From: Octopus sinensis
Taxonomy: Eukaryota
Reading direction: 5' to 3'
DNA: 64,000 nucleotides
NCBI RefSeq assembly: GCF_006345805.1
Contig: NC_043002.1
Location: forward strand, 67,828,001 to 67,892,000
A program made the position numbers and the translations under genes. Every line of letters starts with the position of its first letter. Position 1 is the stretch's first letter. Below the pieces are notes generated by a model. The model was not told the DNA's origin. It saw only the letters and a program-made list of their open reading frames with translations, and did not search any database. This document shows positions 59,806-64,000 of the stretch, piece after piece.

Positions 59806-62711
59806 AATATATATTTTTAGTGTATGTATGTTTGTGTGTGCTCTTGTCTAGACAACACATGATGCTTGTAAATGAACAGCATCATCATACAAGCGGTGTA
59901 AATATTCCATGTCTGGCCATGGAAAAATGTTACCTTACTTGGAAACAGCTGAAGGCTGTCTGTCTGTGGAAAATCTGCCTCAACAAATTCCCATGCAAGC
60001 ATGGAAAAGTGGATGATAATGATGATGATGGTGATAATGTATTGTGTTTGTGTGTGTAAACAGGTGAATGTGTGTATTTGAGTATGTGCATTAAGTTTGG
60101 AAAAAGAATTAATGAAATTAGTTCGAAAAAAAAAAAGAAATGCGACTGTTCTGATGTTAGTGAAGTTAAAATTAAATACTCTACTAACTTAAGACCATAG
60201 TGAACGAAAATATATTCAATCAATAAACGTCTTCAACAATAATGTTAACGTGCTGTACCGTCATTCAGTCAGCTTTCAGAAGTATTTCATTGATTGCTTC
60301 TGAAGATGAACAGATGAGAAGTGAAAACTGATATAACAGGCATAGTTTGTTTGGCTGAATTTTTTTGGTTTGTTTGTTTGCTTTTTCTTTTTTTTAACCT
60401 GTCATGAACAACGGTGAGTTCTGCGAGTTCAATAACCAGAAAAATGAATCGATCATTTTCTACAATCCAATCAGCTATATTTGATAAATCTTCTTTTATG
60501 ATTCCATACAAATATCTGCTGTATCATAGGTATAACACTGATTCTTGACTGGTATTTAATTACCTCTGAATTCTTGATGCTCTTATCTCTGTCTTAGTCT
60601 TAACATAACTATAAGAACATTGCATGTTTGAAAGATGACTGAATAAAATAGATGAAACATCATCATCATCATTTAACATGCATCTTCTGTACTGACATAG
60701 GTTGGATGGTTTGACAGCAGCTGGCAAGCCAGAGGACTGCACCAAGCTACATCTTATGGTAGTTGTAAGACAAGTATGGCTGTCATACAAGAGGTGTCAT
60801 TCTTTATCATGCTTCCATGAAAACCTGTCTGGTTATGGGGAAATATTACCTTGTATGGAAACAAGGACAGGTTGGTGACAGGAAGAACATCCAACTACAG
60901 AAAATCTATCTATTGATTTTCTACATTGGATGCCTTTTCTGTCATCCAAGTTCTGTCTGGCCCATGCAGGCATGATAAAGCGTTAATGGATGATGATGAT
61001 CCCACAACATGTTAAAACGTTAATGATGATGATGATCCCACAAAGATCTTTATGAGCAATCTGGTAAAAGCATTAAATGATATAGCATTAGCAGATGGAA
61101 AATTTAGTTTGTTCTTTCATGAATTACAAAGATTCACACAGATTCGCGTAAGAGAAGATTCAGCTGATCACACATCTCACTAGAAAAGTTGGCTTTGTGC
61201 CTTGTACAGGAAGAAAGCAATATCATTCAAGAGAAACAATAGTATTAGATGTAAAAAAAATTGTTTTAGTTTTTTTTCAACAAAGTATGAAAGTCCCATG
61301 ATTTAGAGTAAAAAGAAAAGGAGAAGTAGTGGCATTCATACTTTTCCAAGGAGCTTATTTCAGCATAAATGAAGTAGACTAGCATGAACACTGAAAATGG
61401 AATTGTGCTATGATACATATTCATTATACATAGGTGCAGGCTTGGTTGTGTAGTCAAGAAGTATGCTTCAGAACCTTGTGACTAAGGGTTCAGTTCCACT
61501 GTGTAACTATTGTCAATTGACATTCTATGATATAGCCATGGGTCTACCAGTCCCTTGTGAGCAAAGATTGGTAGACAGAAACTGAAGGAGCCTGTCATAC
61601 CTGTCTATCTATTTATCTTTCTGTCTATCTACCTATGTCTATCTGTCTGTCTGTCTGTCTATATCTATCAATCAATCAATCAATCAATAAATCAATTCCT
61701 GTGTGCATTTGTGTGGTTGTGTTTGATTTCCTCTCATTTTCATGTGTGTTTGCTGAGTGTATATGTAAAGGGTGTCATTTGCTTGCAGTGAATTGCGAAA
61801 GCATGTCTGGACTTCTTAACATGTCTTGGCATGTTGCACCATCTTTGTAAACAATGGTGTTATTTGTTTTCAGTTCACGGTGTAACTATGTCTAGATTGT
61901 TAGTTGCTTGATAGTCTGGTGGATTATTGCCTTGCTTGAGAACCAATGAGGGTTGGCAACAGAAAAATCATAAAAGGACATCAAGTTGTAGAAAATTTGC
62001 CTCAATGAATTCTGTCTGATCCATGCAAGCATAGAAAAGTGGACATTAAACGAGTGATGATGACAGGACAATGATTGTCAATACTTCGAAGTGAAACTTT
62101 GGAGGAATCAGTAACCAGATGGTGTAATTGGACATTACACCATCTACACTCAATTCTGATTAGTGATTTACCCATCTGAGGCACTTTGGCTTGCCATTAG
62201 AAACTCCTCTTGCTTCATCTTACCCAGTCAAAGAGTGCTAAAAAAAGGAATCCCAGGAGACTGAAATATATTTGTTGCTTTAACTGTTAACAAAGATCAG
62301 ATTTTATTGCATTAAGTATGAAAATTCAATTTTCTGTTACATTTATCCTTATGCTTGAAATTATCACCCTCTTTCTTTGAGAGTCACTAACATCTGCCAC
62401 AAACTTTTTTTCTTTCCCCAACTAAAAGGCAAACTTCAATTCATTTTGAACTTTTTACATTCACCATTTGGTATATTACCCACTACCTGAACATATATAA
62501 ATGTACACTCCACCACACACATGCATGCAATTCTGTCTGTTCTGATTAAGAATGATACTATTGAAAGACTACTTTCTATTGACCTGTTCAAAATCTACAT
62601 ATACTAAGCTATTGCCGTCCCAAATCCTTCTGTTATAATTCCATTCACATCTTGGATGTCTTATAGTCAGCCGGACTCTCTAGCTTCCATGTCTTTCTGG
62701 GAATGGTTATA

Positions 62712-62928
62712 CAGTAATCCCTCGACTATCGTGGGTGCTACGTTCCAAAACCCACCACAATAGGCGAAAATCTGTGAAGTAGAGACAGTACTGTATATTT
62801 TTTCTATTATTTTTATAATTTGTACATATTTATTTTATTATAAATGCAAAACAACACCATGGAGAAATCAACGTAAGCTTAAATAATAAACTGCAATAGG
62901 TGAACCGTGATATGACAAGGGATTACTG
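62712..62928. mobile_element. Tigger-like MITE
   Basis: TA at 62710-62711 and 62929-62930; TIRs CAGTAATCCCT / AGGGATTACTG. Confidence 0.82.
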
Positions 62929-63244
62929 TACCCAAGAATTTGTATATTTGATGGGTTTGCTATTATTCCAGTTTCCTACTGCTTTTTAACCAGTACTTGG
63001 TTGTTTGCTGGACTTTGGTATGCTTTTATGTAAGCAATTAAAGTATGAGTATTTTAAAATCTTTTTTAATGTTGGTGTTTACTCTCAGCACTATATATAT
63101 TCAATAAGCTCAGTGTTAACCCATATATGCCCATAAAAAATTTCACTGTATTTAGATGAAATATTATGGAAAGTTTCCACAATCTGGAAGTGAAGGACAG
63201 CATACAACTGTTAGCTACGAGTGTGGACTACCTTTTTTTTTTAA

Positions 63245-63640
63245 CTCTTTTAATTGTTTCAGTCATTTGACTGCGGCCATGCTGGAGCACCGCCTTTAGT
63301 CAAGCAAATCGACCCCAGGACTTATTCTTTGGAAGCTTGGTACTTATTCTATCGGCCTCTTTTGCCGAACTGCTAAGTTACACGGACATAAACACACCAC
63401 CATCTGTTGTCAAGCATTGTTGGGGGGGTCAAACACAGACACACAAACACACACACACATATATATATACATATATACGACAGGCTTCTTTCAGTTTCCG
63501 TCTACTAGATCCACTCACAAGTCTTTGGTTGGCCTGAGGCTATAGTAAAAGACACTTGCCCAAGGTGCCATGCAGTGGGACTAAACCCGGACCCATGTAG
63601 TTGTTAAGCAAGCTACTTACAACACAGCCACTCCTGCATG
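63245..63640 (-). mobile_element. tRNA-derived SINE family A
   Basis: Homologous to 12088-12524. Confidence 0.85.
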
Positions 63641-63819
63641 CTTAGTCAGATACTTCCCAGCGAGTTTATGTCTGAACAAGTACGAGCAGGTTTTGTGTAG
63701 TGAAAGTACAACCAGGGGTATACACGGGTTAATATGTTAGTCCTAGTATTCTATACCATATTGTGATTCCAGTGATGTTCATGATCCACTGACAGTCTGC
63801 TCTGAAATATTTTGCCAGT

Positions 63820-63990
63820 AATATTGGTTTCAAATTTTGGCACAAGGCCAGCAATTTCGGGGGAAGGGCTAAGTCAATTACATGAATCCCCAGTACTCAA
63901 CTGATACTTATTTTATTGACCCTGAAAGGATGAAAGGCAAAGTTGACCTTGGTGGAATTTGAACTCAGAAAGTAGCGGCACATGATATTT
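63820..63990 (-). mobile_element. SINE family B, CpG-depleted
   Basis: The family core is recognisable, with most CG changed to TG. Confidence 0.8.
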
Positions 63991-64000
63991 TGCCAGAAAT

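Noticed and set aside
60400-60420. + strand ATG AAC AAC G|gtgagt as a first coding exon
   Set aside because: Strong donor, but I found no downstream partner exon or promoter evidence.

Overview
AT-rich, repeat-dense eukaryotic DNA, probably from an octopod cephalopod. That assignment is an inference from the SINE families and microsatellite load, not a database match. Two genes are well supported and they converge tail to tail. (1) On + are the last 11 coding exons of SCFD2 (Sec1/Munc18-like family; 853-20520, 469 aa + stop). I assembled them by hand with all GT-AG junctions in phase, and the 5' part lies upstream of the window. (2) On - is a single-exon 1442-aa ORF (27432-31760). It has a myristoylation/palmitoylation-type N-terminus, a very long acidic Ser-rich linker with an RVxF motif, and two tandem CBM21 glycogen-binding domains, so it is an atypical PPP1R3-like glycogen-targeting protein. 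Upstream of it is a 212-bp tandem duplication in which each copy carries a CLEAR-like E-box. The rest is intronic or intergenic: at least four SINE families, CR1/L2, RTE, HERO-like and CRE-like LINE remnants, a DD37D mariner relic, and piggyBac-, Tigger-, Tc2- and Mutator-type MITEs. SINE CpG decay suggests methylated domains at both ends and an unmethylated middle. Almost all short ORFs in the supplied track are repeat or microsatellite artefacts. Exon, TIR and TSD coordinates were counted base by base; SINE and LINE boundaries are approximate (about 10-30 bp).
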